Assembly: GCA_963934255.1 (NCBI GenBank)
Contig: CAWVXU010000038.1
Span: forward strand, 1 to 23,349
Reading direction: 5' to 3'
Length of the DNA stretch: 23,349 nucleotides
Source of the DNA: an uncultured Fibrobacterales bacterium
GTDB lineage: Bacteria; Fibrobacterota; Fibrobacteria; Fibrobacterales; CAWVXU01
The position numbers and the translations under genes were made by a program. Below are positions 7,293 to 17,538 of the stretch, one piece after another; the first letter of the stretch is position 1, and every line of letters begins with the position of its first letter. Under the pieces are notes generated by a model. That model was not told the DNA's origin. It made no database searches and saw only the letters and a program-made list of their open reading frames with translations.

Positions 7293-10193
7293 TTAACCCT
7301 CCTTGTAGTCGCTTACAGGGGCACAGCTACACATCAAGTTTCTATCACCATAAGCACTATCAATACGAGAAACTGATGGCCAGAATTTACGTTCTTTCAC
7401 CCATGATAATGGATAAGCCGCCACTTCGCGAGTATAGGTGTGCCCCCAGTTTTCACTTGTGACATTAGCAGCCGTATGAGGTGAATTAATTACTGGGTTA
7501 TCTTCCAGACTATAAGTACCCTCATCCACAAGCTGAATCTCTTGGCGGATTTGGATCAATGCACTAACAAACCGATCAAGCTCTGATTTGGATTCAGACT
7601 CAGTCGGCTCAATCATTAATGTTCCTACCACTGGAAAAGATACCGTAGGTGAGTGATAACCAAAGTCCATCAGACGTTTGGCGATGTCTTCGACGACAAT
7701 TCCGGTGCTTGCTTTGAAGTCACGACAATCCAATATAAATTCATGTCCACATCGCCCTTGAGAGCCAGTATAAAGAATGGGGTAGTGCTTGCTTAATTTT
7801 GACATGACATAGTTTGCGTTTAATATAGCTGTTCGAGTTGAATTTCTTATTCCTTCAGTCCCAAGCATCGCAATGTATGCATAAGAGATAGGGAGTATAG
7901 AGGCAGAACCAAAAGGCGCTGCAGAGACTGAGAGAAGTTCGCCTTTATGGCTTTTGTCAAGACTGACATGACGCGGTAAAAATGGTGTCAAGTGAGCGCT
8001 TACGCCGATGGGTCCCATACCTGGTCCACCACCGCCATGAGGGATGGCAAATGTTTTGTGTAGGTTGAGGTGACAGACGTCTGCTCCAATAAAGCCGGGA
8101 GATGTGAATCCAACCTGTGCATTTAAGTTAGCTCCATCCATATAAACTTGTCCACCATGAGAATGAATCAATTGACAGACTTCAACGATTGTTTCTTCAA
8201 ATACACCGTGAGTTGATGGGTAAGTTACCATCAAACAAGATAAATTGTCTGCGTGCTTTGCGGCTTTGGCTTTAAGGTCGGCCATGTCAATGTTACCATG
8301 GTCATCACATGAACAAACTACGACTTTCATCCCAACCAGAGCTGCAGATGCTGGGTTTGTTCCATGAGCAGATGCAGGGATCAAAGCGACATTCCTATGT
8401 CCTTGACCTTGAGCTTTATGATAGGCATCAATCACAAGCAGTCCAGCGTATTCACCTTGAGCACCAGAGTTAGGTTGTAAGGAAATAGCATCAAATCCAG
8501 TCAGTGTGGCTAACCAATCCGAAAGATGTTCTAAAAGATCTCTATAGCCTTCCCATTGATCACTAGGAGCAAAGGGGTGAATCGTGCTGAATTCTGGCCA
8601 TGTAACCGGTATCATTTCACTTGTTGCATTGAGCTTCATCGTACATGAACCTAAAGCAATCATCGAGTGCGCCAGAGATAAATCTTTGTTTTCAAGGCGC
8701 TTAAGGTAACGTAGCATCTCATGCTCTGTATGATAAATGCTAAAGCTTGGATGCTGCAAGAAATCCACTTCACGAGCAAGGGATGAATCTAGTTCGGATT
8801 CAATTTCTGGAAGTTCAAATACACCCTGTGCTTCAAGACCAAAAATATCACAGAGATCAGCGAAGTCTTTCGGTGTGACGCACTCATCAAAAGAAATACC
8901 AATGGCATCTGAATCAACCGTCCGAATATTCACTTGATGTGAATTAGCAATGTGTAAGAAGTGACTTCGCTGAGTGTTATCTTTAAATTGAATAGTTAAG
9001 GTGTCAAAAAACGAGGTATGTCTGAGGGTGTAACCTTTGTCCTTTAAAAGTTTTGCAAATAAAGTGGCTTTGGCATGAATGCCTTCTGCGATTCCACGAA
9101 TCCCTTGAGGACCGTGGTAGACTGCGTATGCACCAGCGATGACAGCAAGTAATACCTGAGCCGTACAAATATTTGAAGTGGCTTTTTCACGACGGATATG
9201 TTGTTCACGAGTCTGTAGTGCCATGCGATAAGCGAGGTTGCCATCACGGTCAAGTGAACGTCCGATGATGCGACCAGGTACTTGTCTTTTGAAAGACTCA
9301 TGACAGGAGAAAAATCCTGCGTGTGGTCCACCAAATCCCATAGGAACACCAAAACGTTGTGAGTTACCCACACAGACATCAGCACCTTGAATGCCCGCTG
9401 ATTTAGAGAGCGCTAGTGCCATCAAATCAGAAGCCATGACTACGAATATCCCCGCTTCCTTTGCTTTAGTAATTTCTTGAGACCAATCGCGAATCTGTCC
9501 ATCATCACCTGGATTTTGGATTAGTAGGCCAAAGACTTCTTCAGTTTGGTCACCTTGATCAAATTTATATGTTTGAAGGTTGACAACTTTGACTTCAATA
9601 TTAAGGGGGTTGGCACGAGTTTTGATAACTTCTAAAGTTTGAGGATAAGTATTTTCATCGACTAAGAAAGTCATGGCAGTTTTTTTCTTGGCTCCTTTGC
9701 GAGAGTTATAAAACAAATTCATTGCTTCGGCTGCTGCTGTCGCTTCGTCCAAGAGAGAGGCATTGGCAACCGCTAAACCAGTCAGATCAATAACAGCCGT
9801 TTGGAAGTTAATTAACATTTCCAAACGCCCTTGAGCGATCTCTGCCTGGTAGGGGGTGTATGCTGTATACCAACCCGGATTTTCTAAAATGTTTCTTAAA
9901 ATAACGCCAGGAGTTTGAGTTCTGTAATAGCCCTGCCCTAAGTATGATCTATAGACTTTATTTTGAGCGGCAATTGATTTTAAATGATCTAAAAGAGCAG
10001 CTTCAGTGAGTGCATCTGGAAGGTCGCGAAGTTCTGGTGATTTCTGTAAGCGGATATTGGGAGGAATTGTTTGATCCATGAGTTCATCTAGTGAGTGAAC
10101 TCCGATGGCTTCTAACATGTCATGAACATCTTGTCCTTTTGAGCCAATGTGGCGGTTTTCAAAACGTTCTTGTACAAATGGCTGACACTTCAT
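7293..10193 (-). CDS. gcvP: Glycine dehydrogenase (decarboxylating), glycine cleavage P protein, single-chain type
   Basis: YTAYTPYQAEIAQGRLE, QTREQHIRREKATSNICTAQ, GSCTMKLNA, PLP lysine motif HLNLHKTFAIPHGGGGPG, LMIEPTESE, C-terminal YGDRNLMCSC; 966 aa; AGGAG SD. Confidence 0.98.
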   Translation of the reverse strand: MKCQPFVQERFENRHIGSKGQDVHDMLEAIGVHSLDELMDQTIPPNIRLQKSPELRDLPDALTEAALLDHLKSIAAQNKVYRSYLGQGYYRTQTPGVILRNILENPGWYTAYTPYQAEIAQGRLEMLINFQTAVIDLTGLAVANASLLDEATAAAEAMNLFYNSRKGAKKKTAMTFLVDENTYPQTLEVIKTRANPLNIEVKVVNLQTYKFDQGDQTEEVFGLLIQNPGDDGQIRDWSQEITKAKEAGIFVVMASDLMALALSKSAGIQGADVCVGNSQRFGVPMGFGGPHAGFFSCHESFKRQVPGRIIGRSLDRDGNLAYRMALQTREQHIRREKATSNICTAQVLLAVIAGAYAVYHGPQGIRGIAEGIHAKATLFAKLLKDKGYTLRHTSFFDTLTIQFKDNTQRSHFLHIANSHQVNIRTVDSDAIGISFDECVTPKDFADLCDIFGLEAQGVFELPEIESELDSSLAREVDFLQHPSFSIYHTEHEMLRYLKRLENKDLSLAHSMIALGSCTMKLNATSEMIPVTWPEFSTIHPFAPSDQWEGYRDLLEHLSDWLATLTGFDAISLQPNSGAQGEYAGLLVIDAYHKAQGQGHRNVALIPASAHGTNPASAALVGMKVVVCSCDDHGNIDMADLKAKAAKHADNLSCLMVTYPSTHGVFEETIVEVCQLIHSHGGQVYMDGANLNAQVGFTSPGFIGADVCHLNLHKTFAIPHGGGGPGMGPIGVSAHLTPFLPRHVSLDKSHKGELLSVSAAPFGSASILPISYAYIAMLGTEGIRNSTRTAILNANYVMSKLSKHYPILYTGSQGRCGHEFILDCRDFKASTGIVVEDIAKRLMDFGYHSPTVSFPVVGTLMIEPTESESKSELDRFVSALIQIRQEIQLVDEGTYSLEDNPVINSPHTAANVTSENWGHTYTREVAAYPLSWVKERKFWPSVSRIDSAYGDRNLMCSCAPVSDYKEG

Positions 10194-10258
10194 GGGAGCT
10201 CCTAGGAGGGGACCATCTATTGATTGATCCAGTAGAAATTGGTCTAACTTTTAGTCCA

Positions 10259-10266
10259 CAAATATA
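10259..10266 (-). promoter_or_regulatory. TAnnTTTG-type (-7) promoter box for gcvP
   Basis: Minus strand reads (C)TATATTTG, about 65 nt upstream of the gcvP ATG. Matches the Bacteroidota-type -7 element. Confidence 0.55.
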
Positions 10267-10431
10267 GGAATTAGAGTATAAAATGAGAGGGGATTGGGTG
10301 TGGATTCAATACAAACCTTGTAAGTTGTTTAAAATAACAGCTTTAGGGTCGTTGTAGGATTTGGCTTGTGACCTGTGTTGAAATCGGCGTGAATTCTCTT
10401 TGAAATTCGTTTATAAAAGGGGCTTTTTTGC

Positions 10432-10439
10432 TAATTTTG
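10432..10439 (+). promoter_or_regulatory. TAnnTTTG-type (-7) promoter box for purL
   Basis: (C)TAATTTTG about 40 nt upstream of the purL ATG. Confidence 0.55.
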
Positions 10440-10478
10440 ACGAAAACAATTTGATTTCACCCTAATAATAGAGGTTTC

Positions 10479-13400
10479 ATGTCTTCTTTGCTTCAACTGC
10501 GCGGAACACCGGCTTTAAGCGCTAGTCGCACCGACATTCTTTTAAAGCAGCTTCAAACCGTCCATACTGGGATTACTCATGTTTATGCTGAGTTTTTACA
10601 CCTTGCTAAAGTGGGTGATAATTGGACAAATGCTAACGATAATGTGATTGCTCAACTATTGACATACGGTCCAGATACTCAAGTAGAAGAACCTAAAGGT
10701 TGGATGTTTCTTGTCGTTCCAAGACCAGGGACGATTTCACCGTGGTCGTCTAAAGCCACTGACATTGCTCATATCTGTCAATTGACATCATTGTTGAGGC
10801 TTGAGCGCGGTATAGCATTTTATGTTCAAGGCAAAAACATTGATACCCATCGTGAAGCAATTTCTGCTGTGATCCATGACCGCATGATGGAAGTTGTTTA
10901 TGCTAGTGTAGATGAGGCTGAAGCCTTATTTGAAGAACACGAACCTCGTGAAGTGTCAAGTGTCCCTGTCTTAGAAGAAGGCCGTGATGCTCTTGTCAAA
11001 GCCAATAGTGAGTTAGGTCTTGCCCTAGCTGAAGATGAAATTGATTACTTGGTGACCAACTTCAACAAACTCGGTCGCAATCCTAATGATATTGAGTTGA
11101 TGATGTTCGCCCAAGCCAATTCAGAACATTGTCGTCATAAGATTTTCAATGCTGATTGGACCATTGACGGCGTTGATCAAACCAAGTCACTTTTTGCCAT
11201 GATCAAAAACACCAAGGAAGTAAGTGGTGTGGGCGTTTTGAGTGCCTATAAAGACAATGCAGCTGTGATGGAAGGTAACAAAGCTGGACGCTTTTACCGT
11301 GACCCGACCACTGGCGAATATTTACCACACCAAGAGGATGTTGCCATTCTCATGAAAGTGGAAACTCATAATCACCCTACAGCAATTTCTCCTTTCCCTG
11401 GTGCCGCTACTGGTTCGGGTGGTGAAATTCGCGACGAAGGTGCAACAGGCCGTGGCTCCAAACCTAAAGCGGGGCTGACTGGATTTAGTGTTTCTAATCT
11501 ACGTATCCCTGATTTAATGCAACCATGGGAAGAAGATTTTGGCAAACCAAATCGTATCGTCAGCGCACTCGATATCATGACTGAAGCCCCACTAGGTGGC
11601 GCGGCATTCAATAATGAATTTGGACGTCCTAACTTGCTTGGATATTTCAGAACTTATGAAGAAAAAGTTCCTGGTCCTAATGGTGAAGAGATTCGCGGAT
11701 ACCACAAGCCTATTATGCTAGCAGGTGGATTGGGAAATATCAAAAATAACCATGTTCAAAAAGCTGAAATTATCGTCGGTGCACACCTGATTGTACTTGG
11801 TGGTCCGGCAATGCTCATTGGTCTTGGTGGAGGTGCTGCCTCTTCTATGGATTCTGGTGCCTCAGCTGAGTCGCTTGATTTCGCCTCAGTTCAACGTGAA
11901 AACCCTGAGATGGAGCGCCGTTGTCAAGAAGTGATTGATGGTTGTTGGGCTCTTGATGAAGCCAATCCAATTTCATTTATTCATGATGTGGGTGCAGGTG
12001 GTCTTTCTAATGCACTTCCGGAGCTTGTGAATGATGGCGGCCGGGGTGGTAATTTTGAGCTTCGTAATGTTCCTAATGATGAGCCGGGCATGTCTCCGCT
12101 AGAAATTTGGTGTAATGAATCTCAAGAGCGCTATGTCATGGCTGTGTCACCTGAGAATCTGGCAGCTTTTGAAGAAATTTGTCAGCGTGAGCGTTGTCCT
12201 TATGCGGTAGTTGGTGCAGCCACCAAAGAACAAGTTTTACGTCTAACTGACAAACATTTTGAGAATACTCCGATTGATTTACCACTCGATGTACTTCTTG
12301 GTAAAGCTCCTAAAATGCATAGAGATGTCAAATCTTTAAAACCTCAAGGGGGTGAAATTCCTCTCTCTGAGATTACTTTGGAAGAAGCGGCTATTCGTGT
12401 TCTATCAAACCCAACTGTGGCTGATAAAACATTTCTCATCTCTATTGGTGATAGAACGATTACAGGACAAGTTGCACGAGATCAGATGGTGGGTCCATGG
12501 CAAGTACCTGTGGCTGATGCGGCTGTTACCACGACTAGTTTTGATGTTTATACGGGGGAGGCGATGTCACTCGGTGAACGAACTCCGATTGCATTGCTGA
12601 GTTACGCGGCTTCGGCTCGCATGGCTGTGGGTGAAGCCCTCACTAATTTGGCCTCTGTTCAATGTGGACCTCTCAATCGTGTCACTTTAAGTGCAAACTG
12701 GATGGCAGCTGCGGGTCACCCTGGTGAAGATGCGGGTCTCTATGAGGCTGTTCATGCCATCGGTGAAGAACTTTGTCCTCAGCTCGGGATAACAATCCCA
12801 GTGGGTAAAGATTCTATGTCGATGAAAACGACTTGGACTCAAGATGGTGAAACCAAAAATGTTATTTCTCCATTATCACTTGTCATAACGGCATTTTCTC
12901 CAGTAGAAGATGTTCGCAAACACACGACGCCGCAACTCCGTGATGGTGAGTCAACTTTACTTCTGATTGATCTAGGTGAAGGTAAAAATGCACTTGGTGC
13001 GTCCATACTTGCTACTGTTTATCGTTCACTAGGAACTGAAGCTCCTGATGTGCGCGACGCGGCGAAATTGAAATCATTCTGGGAAGTGATGCAGTCACTT
13101 CTTAAAGACCAGAAGATTATGGCTTATCATGACAAGTCTGATGGTGGGCTTTTTGCAACATTGGTTGAAATGGCATTTGCTGGTAAAATGGGTCTGGCGA
13201 TTGATATCGAAGACCTCCAAGGAAGTGACATTGAAGTTCTATTTAACGAAGAGCTTGGTGCTGTGATTCAGGTAGCAGAGTCAGAGCTTGACAATGTTGT
13301 TGAAGCATTTGAATCTGCTGGACTGGGTGAAAATATATTTGAAATTGGTGAGCCGACTTCTGGTAAAACAATTGAAATTCGCCGCGGTGAAGAACTTGTT

Positions 13401-14360
13401 TATAGCAAGCAACGCAAAAAACTACGCGCAGCTTGGTCAGCCACGACTCGCGAAATGCAAAAACGTCGTGATAACCCGAAGTGTGCGATGGATGAATTTC
13501 AAAATAAGCTCGTGGATAAAGATCCAGGTATGAATGTCAACTTGACGTTTGACCCTCAAGATAAATTACAATCTGCAGAGACGGGTAAAGCCTCCATTGC
13601 CATCTTGCGTGAGCAAGGTGTAAACGGACAACTTGAGATGGCCGCGGCTTTCCATCGAGCAGGATTCCAAGCGATTGATGTGCACATGTCTGAGATCCTT
13701 GATGGTTCCAAATCACTTAAAGATTTTGATGGACTTGTGGCTTGTGGTGGTTTCTCATATGGTGACGTTCTTGGAGCCGGCGAAGGTTGGGCAAAGTCTA
13801 TTCTCTTTAACCCACTAGCTCGCAAAGAGTTCAAGAACTTCTTTGAACGACCTAATACATTCTCACTCGGTGTTTGTAATGGTTGTCAAATGCTTTCAAA
13901 CTTAAAAGAACTTATTCCGGGCACTTCTCATTGGCCACATTTTGTTCAAAATGAATCTGAACGATTTGAAGCGAGGTTTGCGCTTGTGGAAGTTCAAAAA
14001 ACGGTCTCTATCCTACTTCAAGGGATGGAAGGTTCTCGTATGCCGATTGCTGTAGCTCATGGTGAAGGTCGCGCAGAATTCCAACTGAATCAAACAGAAA
14101 AAGCACAGGATAAAGTGGTACTACGTTATGTCAATAACGCAGGTGAAATTACCATGCGCTATCCAATGAACCCCAATGGTTCACCGGATGGTGTTGCAGG
14201 CCTTTGTTCTGACGATGGTCGTGTGACAATTATGATGCCTCATCCTGAGCGTGTGTTTCGTACGGTTCAACATTCTTGGCATCCTGAAAACTGGGGCGAA
14301 GACGGGCCATGGATGCGTATGTTTAGAAATGCCTATGCTTGGTCCAATGATCAGACATAA
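10479..14360 (+). CDS. purL: Phosphoribosylformylglycinamidine synthase, large single-chain form
   Basis: [71 protein letters not shown], and a fused glutaminase domain ([15 protein letters not shown]); 1293 aa; GAGG SD. Confidence 0.98.
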   Translation: MSSLLQLRGTPALSASRTDILLKQLQTVHTGITHVYAEFLHLAKVGDNWTNANDNVIAQLLTYGPDTQVEEPKGWMFLVVPRPGTISPWSSKATDIAHICQLTSLLRLERGIAFYVQGKNIDTHREAISAVIHDRMMEVVYASVDEAEALFEEHEPREVSSVPVLEEGRDALVKANSELGLALAEDEIDYLVTNFNKLGRNPNDIELMMFAQANSEHCRHKIFNADWTIDGVDQTKSLFAMIKNTKEVSGVGVLSAYKDNAAVMEGNKAGRFYRDPTTGEYLPHQEDVAILMKVETHNHPTAISPFPGAATGSGGEIRDEGATGRGSKPKAGLTGFSVSNLRIPDLMQPWEEDFGKPNRIVSALDIMTEAPLGGAAFNNEFGRPNLLGYFRTYEEKVPGPNGEEIRGYHKPIMLAGGLGNIKNNHVQKAEIIVGAHLIVLGGPAMLIGLGGGAASSMDSGASAESLDFASVQRENPEMERRCQEVIDGCWALDEANPISFIHDVGAGGLSNALPELVNDGGRGGNFELRNVPNDEPGMSPLEIWCNESQERYVMAVSPENLAAFEEICQRERCPYAVVGAATKEQVLRLTDKHFENTPIDLPLDVLLGKAPKMHRDVKSLKPQGGEIPLSEITLEEAAIRVLSNPTVADKTFLISIGDRTITGQVARDQMVGPWQVPVADAAVTTTSFDVYTGEAMSLGERTPIALLSYAASARMAVGEALTNLASVQCGPLNRVTLSANWMAAAGHPGEDAGLYEAVHAIGEELCPQLGITIPVGKDSMSMKTTWTQDGETKNVISPLSLVITAFSPVEDVRKHTTPQLRDGESTLLLIDLGEGKNALGASILATVYRSLGTEAPDVRDAAKLKSFWEVMQSLLKDQKIMAYHDKSDGGLFATLVEMAFAGKMGLAIDIEDLQGSDIEVLFNEELGAVIQVAESELDNVVEAFESAGLGENIFEIGEPTSGKTIEIRRGEELVYSKQRKKLRAAWSATTREMQKRRDNPKCAMDEFQNKLVDKDPGMNVNLTFDPQDKLQSAETGKASIAILREQGVNGQLEMAAAFHRAGFQAIDVHMSEILDGSKSLKDFDGLVACGGFSYGDVLGAGEGWAKSILFNPLARKEFKNFFERPNTFSLGVCNGCQMLSNLKELIPGTSHWPHFVQNESERFEARFALVEVQKTVSILLQGMEGSRMPIAVAHGEGRAEFQLNQTEKAQDKVVLRYVNNAGEITMRYPMNPNGSPDGVAGLCSDDGRVTIMMPHPERVFRTVQHSWHPENWGEDGPWMRMFRNAYAWSNDQT

Positions 14361-14437
14361 TAAACGAGAGTAATTCTACCTAAAATAAGAGAAGTTTATC
14401 TGTACCTTAGTTAAAAATTTGTCAAATAGGTAAAGCT

Positions 14438-14445
14438 TAAATTTG
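14438..14445 (+). promoter_or_regulatory. TAnnTTTG-type promoter box for the fibro-slime lipoprotein gene
   Basis: TAAATTTG about 31 nt upstream of ATG 14477. Confidence 0.45.
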
Positions 14446-14476
14446 ATACCATGTGAAATTTAAAACTGGATAATAT

Positions 14477-15964
14477 ATGAAAAAAATAATTTTGCCATTA
14501 ATAGGACTCAGTTTACTCATGTCCTGTGCCGCTCCTGAAGTGATTACAAAAGCTCCTGGTATGTTAACGAATACGATAGGAGTTGTTAGTGATGATTACG
14601 ACAGTACTACTGTCAAAAAATGTTATCAAAATGACGAGACGCCTTACTTCTTGACTGCCACTAATAAGACAGTCGATATTGATGTAACTCTTCGTGACTT
14701 TAATTCAGCTCACCCAGATTTTGAGAATTTTAACTCCAAAAAGAAGGCACCGGATGCCAATGATTGTGGATCTTTAGATCAAGCAGAATTACAAGATTAT
14801 GATTTGAAAAAGAAATACTATGATGATTTGCGGGAGCGTTTCCCATTACATTATCATTGGGCAAGTCTGAATGCTCGTGAGATTTACCCGACTTTCGGTA
14901 TGGTTAAAAACGTTCTCAACGCCAAAGGCAAGCCTGAGAAAGCTCGTGAAGCTTGTGATAACGCAAACTTTCATGAATGGTATAATGATGTCGATGGTGT
15001 GAATCATCAAGTTCAAGATAAAATTCAACTCAGTGAAATTGCTAGTGATACCTATCAAGTAGAGTTCTACCATCACAAAGGGAATTCATATTTACCGCTG
15101 GATAGATTTGCGCAATCTCCTGATGTCAAAACTTGGGGTAAACAAAACAATAACGATTGGTGTAAAGACGATCAAATGACTTGCCGCAAAGTTTCAGATG
15201 ATAATGGTCAAAAACGTAACTCTGTACCTGAAGGATCAAATTTTGGTTTTACCATGGTCACTGGTTGGGACTTTATATACACTTCACTCGGCGGTGAATC
15301 TTTAACAATTGATGGTGATGATGACCATTGGCTATTTGTTGATGGTAGACTTGTGGTCGATGCTGGTGGTGCTCATGTATCCACACTAAGCTCTATTCAA
15401 TTTGATGAGCTTGCAGATAAATATCACTGGATTGAGGGCAGTCGTCACAGTTTGAAATTATTTTTTGCTGAACGTCAGACGGATGCTTCTAATTTGACAC
15501 TTACATTGAAGTCAAAACTAGCCCAAAAATTATCTGACTTACCACCTTATATTATGGAGGCAATTATCCTTGACCCAGAAGCGAGCAAACTTGAGTATAT
15601 ACTTTACTTAAATAGTGAACTGGATTCCAAAACTTTAGTCGCCCTCTTGTCAACGCCCAATGCATTTTCAGTGGTGAATTCGTCGTTCGATGAGGTGGGT
15701 GCTTCCATACAGATGGAAAAAATTGAAGTGATTGATACTCAAGAGTTACCCAAGGGCGTAATTCAGGGGCTGAGATTAGTGCTTAAGAATGGATCTACTG
15801 CATTGACATTAGATCACAAAATTGCGTTTAATACCAAATTGGGCTTTGAAGTTAAATCTAAAACGGCTAAGGTTTTGAAAATCAATTCTCATGCACAATT
15901 TCAATCTTTAAATGTTTATACTCAAAATCGTACTTTGATACCGAATGTCGCAAGTTGTAAATAG
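14477..15964 (+). CDS. Fibro-slime domain (PA14-like) lipoprotein
   Basis: Lipobox LMS-C. Family hallmarks VTLRDFNSAHPDFE, GMVKNVL, NFHEWYND, YLPLD, NFGFTM, GDDDHWLFVDGRLVVDAGGAH and LKLFFAERQTDASN. About 140 aa of unrecognised C-terminal domain. Confidence 0.88.
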   Translation: MKKIILPLIGLSLLMSCAAPEVITKAPGMLTNTIGVVSDDYDSTTVKKCYQNDETPYFLTATNKTVDIDVTLRDFNSAHPDFENFNSKKKAPDANDCGSLDQAELQDYDLKKKYYDDLRERFPLHYHWASLNAREIYPTFGMVKNVLNAKGKPEKAREACDNANFHEWYNDVDGVNHQVQDKIQLSEIASDTYQVEFYHHKGNSYLPLDRFAQSPDVKTWGKQNNNDWCKDDQMTCRKVSDDNGQKRNSVPEGSNFGFTMVTGWDFIYTSLGGESLTIDGDDDHWLFVDGRLVVDAGGAHVSTLSSIQFDELADKYHWIEGSRHSLKLFFAERQTDASNLTLTLKSKLAQKLSDLPPYIMEAIILDPEASKLEYILYLNSELDSKTLVALLSTPNAFSVVNSSFDEVGASIQMEKIEVIDTQELPKGVIQGLRLVLKNGSTALTLDHKIAFNTKLGFEVKSKTAKVLKINSHAQFQSLNVYTQNRTLIPNVASCK

Positions 15965-16016
15965 TATATAATAGAGGGTGAATTTGAATCTAAATTCAAT
16001 AATGAATTAAATCCTT

Positions 16017-16047
16017 AAACCTGTTCTTTTTTAAGAGCAGGTTTTTT
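16017..16047 (+). terminator. Intrinsic terminator after the fibro-slime gene
   Basis: AAACCTGTTCTT-tttt-AAGAGCAGGTTT stem (one G-U pair) running into a T-tract (16042-16047). It lies between convergent genes. Confidence 0.75.
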
Positions 16048-16221
16048 GTCATTTTATTATTAGAATAACTTATTTCAAAATTGAAGAGTTGACCTTGTTT
16101 TACTTGTTGCATCCAAATTAAGGGCACAAGTCGGTTCATCCAAATCATAATAATGAAACATTACATTGATTCTAGCTGGTATGGAAGAGTCTTAAATAGA
16201 GAATAGTCAAATTCGATCCAG

Positions 16222-16536
16222 TTAGTCTTCTCGAGTAGCTTCGCCCTCAGGACCATGACCTTGAGCTGGAGTTAAAGCAACTTTGCGTCGTTCGATACGG
16301 GTAAAGTTTTTAGCATAAAGAAAATTTTGGGCTTCATCAACAGTTTTGAAATATTTTATACCAAACCAAAGTCTCATGCCCATCAATCTAAATTTTCGTT
16401 GAACAATGACATTGTTGTGACCGTTAGCGAATGCGTTGGACCTTGTGATCGAAACGTCTTGAAGTTCTAAAATACGATATTTACAAACTACGTCTGCAGA
16501 GGTTTGATCTAAAACATAAAACATATTTTGACTCAT
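16222..16536 (-). CDS. Hypothetical protein (104 aa, basic core, soluble)
   Basis: ATG with AGGA SD (CTCAGGATTTATTATG), flanked by AT-rich intergenic DNA. No motif recognised. Confidence 0.65.
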   Translation of the reverse strand: MSQNMFYVLDQTSADVVCKYRILELQDVSITRSNAFANGHNNVIVQRKFRLMGMRLWFGIKYFKTVDEAQNFLYAKNFTRIERRKVALTPAQGHGPEGEATRED

Positions 16537-16693
16537 AATAAATCCTGAGTTAATGAAGGTTCGCCAGAAATTAGAAATTATAATCTCATCATCAGAACAT
16601 AAAAATAAAAATTAAGTCGATTTATAACGAGATTCTTCTTGAAATTTGAGTTTAAAATGTTAAAAACTAAAATAAGTAAAAATTTGAGCTAAA

Positions 16694-17269
16694 TCAATAT
16701 TGAACAGTATGCTTTTGGATGAGATCTTCAAGCTCCTTGGCACAATCCATTAAGTTGTCATTAATTAATTTGTATTCGTATTTCCCATTAGATTCAGCAA
16801 ACTCAATCTCAGCTCTAGCGTTTTCCAAACGTACTTTAATCACTTCTTCCGCATCGGTGTTTCGGGACCTTAAGCGTCGTTCCATCTCATCCATACTCGG
16901 TGGCAGAATTAAGATACCAACTGCTTCTGGGTATCTCTTGTCAAAATTAATTTTACCATAAACATCAAGATCAAGGATGATATCAATCCCTTGATTGATT
17001 TTTTCTTCAATAAATACTCGAGGTGTGCCATAGAAGTTTTTATGTACTTCCATGTGTTCAATAAGCTCATCAGCTTGAATCATTGATAGAAACTCGTTGT
17101 GAGATTTGAAAAAGTAATGAGTTCCATCAACTTCTCCATCCCGAGGGTGGCGCGTAGTTGCAGAAATACTGTATTGAATTTTGGGGAAGTCTTTGAGAAC
17201 AAGATCTTTCAGAGTTGTTTTTCCAACCCCTGAGGGAGCTGACATGACAAACAAAGTGCCTTTTTTCAT
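16694..17269 (-). CDS. gmk: Guanylate kinase
   Basis: P-loop SAPSGVGKTT, SATTRHPRDGEVDGTHYFF signature, NFYGTP, ILPPSMDEMERRLRSR. Start overlaps the upstream stop (TAATG). Confidence 0.96.
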   Translation of the reverse strand: MKKGTLFVMSAPSGVGKTTLKDLVLKDFPKIQYSISATTRHPRDGEVDGTHYFFKSHNEFLSMIQADELIEHMEVHKNFYGTPRVFIEEKINQGIDIILDLDVYGKINFDKRYPEAVGILILPPSMDEMERRLRSRNTDAEEVIKVRLENARAEIEFAESNGKYEYKLINDNLMDCAKELEDLIQKHTVQY

Positions 17270-17538
17270 TACAACTCCTCTTCTGAGAATGGAATATTTA
17301 AAAGAGCATCTTGACGGCGTTTTTTTTCGACACCAGCAATGAGTCGTTGTTTTTCTTGTTTCATATCTAATAAGTGTTTATTGAAATTCAGTATAACTTC
17401 TTTAGAAACAATATGCTCAATGCGATCAATGGCGTGATTAATATTACCAACTGAACGCATGACAGTCATAAGAGCAATGAAACAAACAAATATGAAGCCT
17501 ATGGCTATGAGCAGGGTGATTTTGAGTTCTAATGGCAT
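17269..17538 (-). CDS. Small single-pass membrane protein with a helical/coiled-coil tail
   Basis: N-terminal TM (ITLLIAIGFIFVCFIALMTVM), charged helical C-terminus; overlaps both neighbours; AAGGA SD. Confidence 0.7.
   Translation of the reverse strand: MPLELKITLLIAIGFIFVCFIALMTVMRSVGNINHAIDRIEHIVSKEVILNFNKHLLDMKQEKQRLIAGVEKKRRQDALLNIPFSEEEL

Noticed and set aside
10194..10478. Glycine riboswitch before gcvP or ZTP/purine riboswitch before purL
   Set aside because: No conserved aptamer motifs recognised, and the putative promoters leave leaders of only about 60 and 35 nt.
15979..15998. Short hairpin TGAATTT-N6-AAATTCA after the fibro-slime stop
   Set aside because: AT-rich 7-bp stem, expected by chance. 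The stronger terminator lies just downstream.
16048..16221. Possible small ORF or sRNA, including a 9-bp direct repeat CATCCAAAT occurring twice
   Set aside because: The minus-strand micro-ORFs have no SD and one crosses the terminator. There are only two repeat copies and no convincing structure, so it is not a CRISPR array.
17269..17538. Small membrane protein as the GtrA flippase of the GT2/GT-C pair
   Set aside because: GtrA proteins have about four TM helices; this has one.
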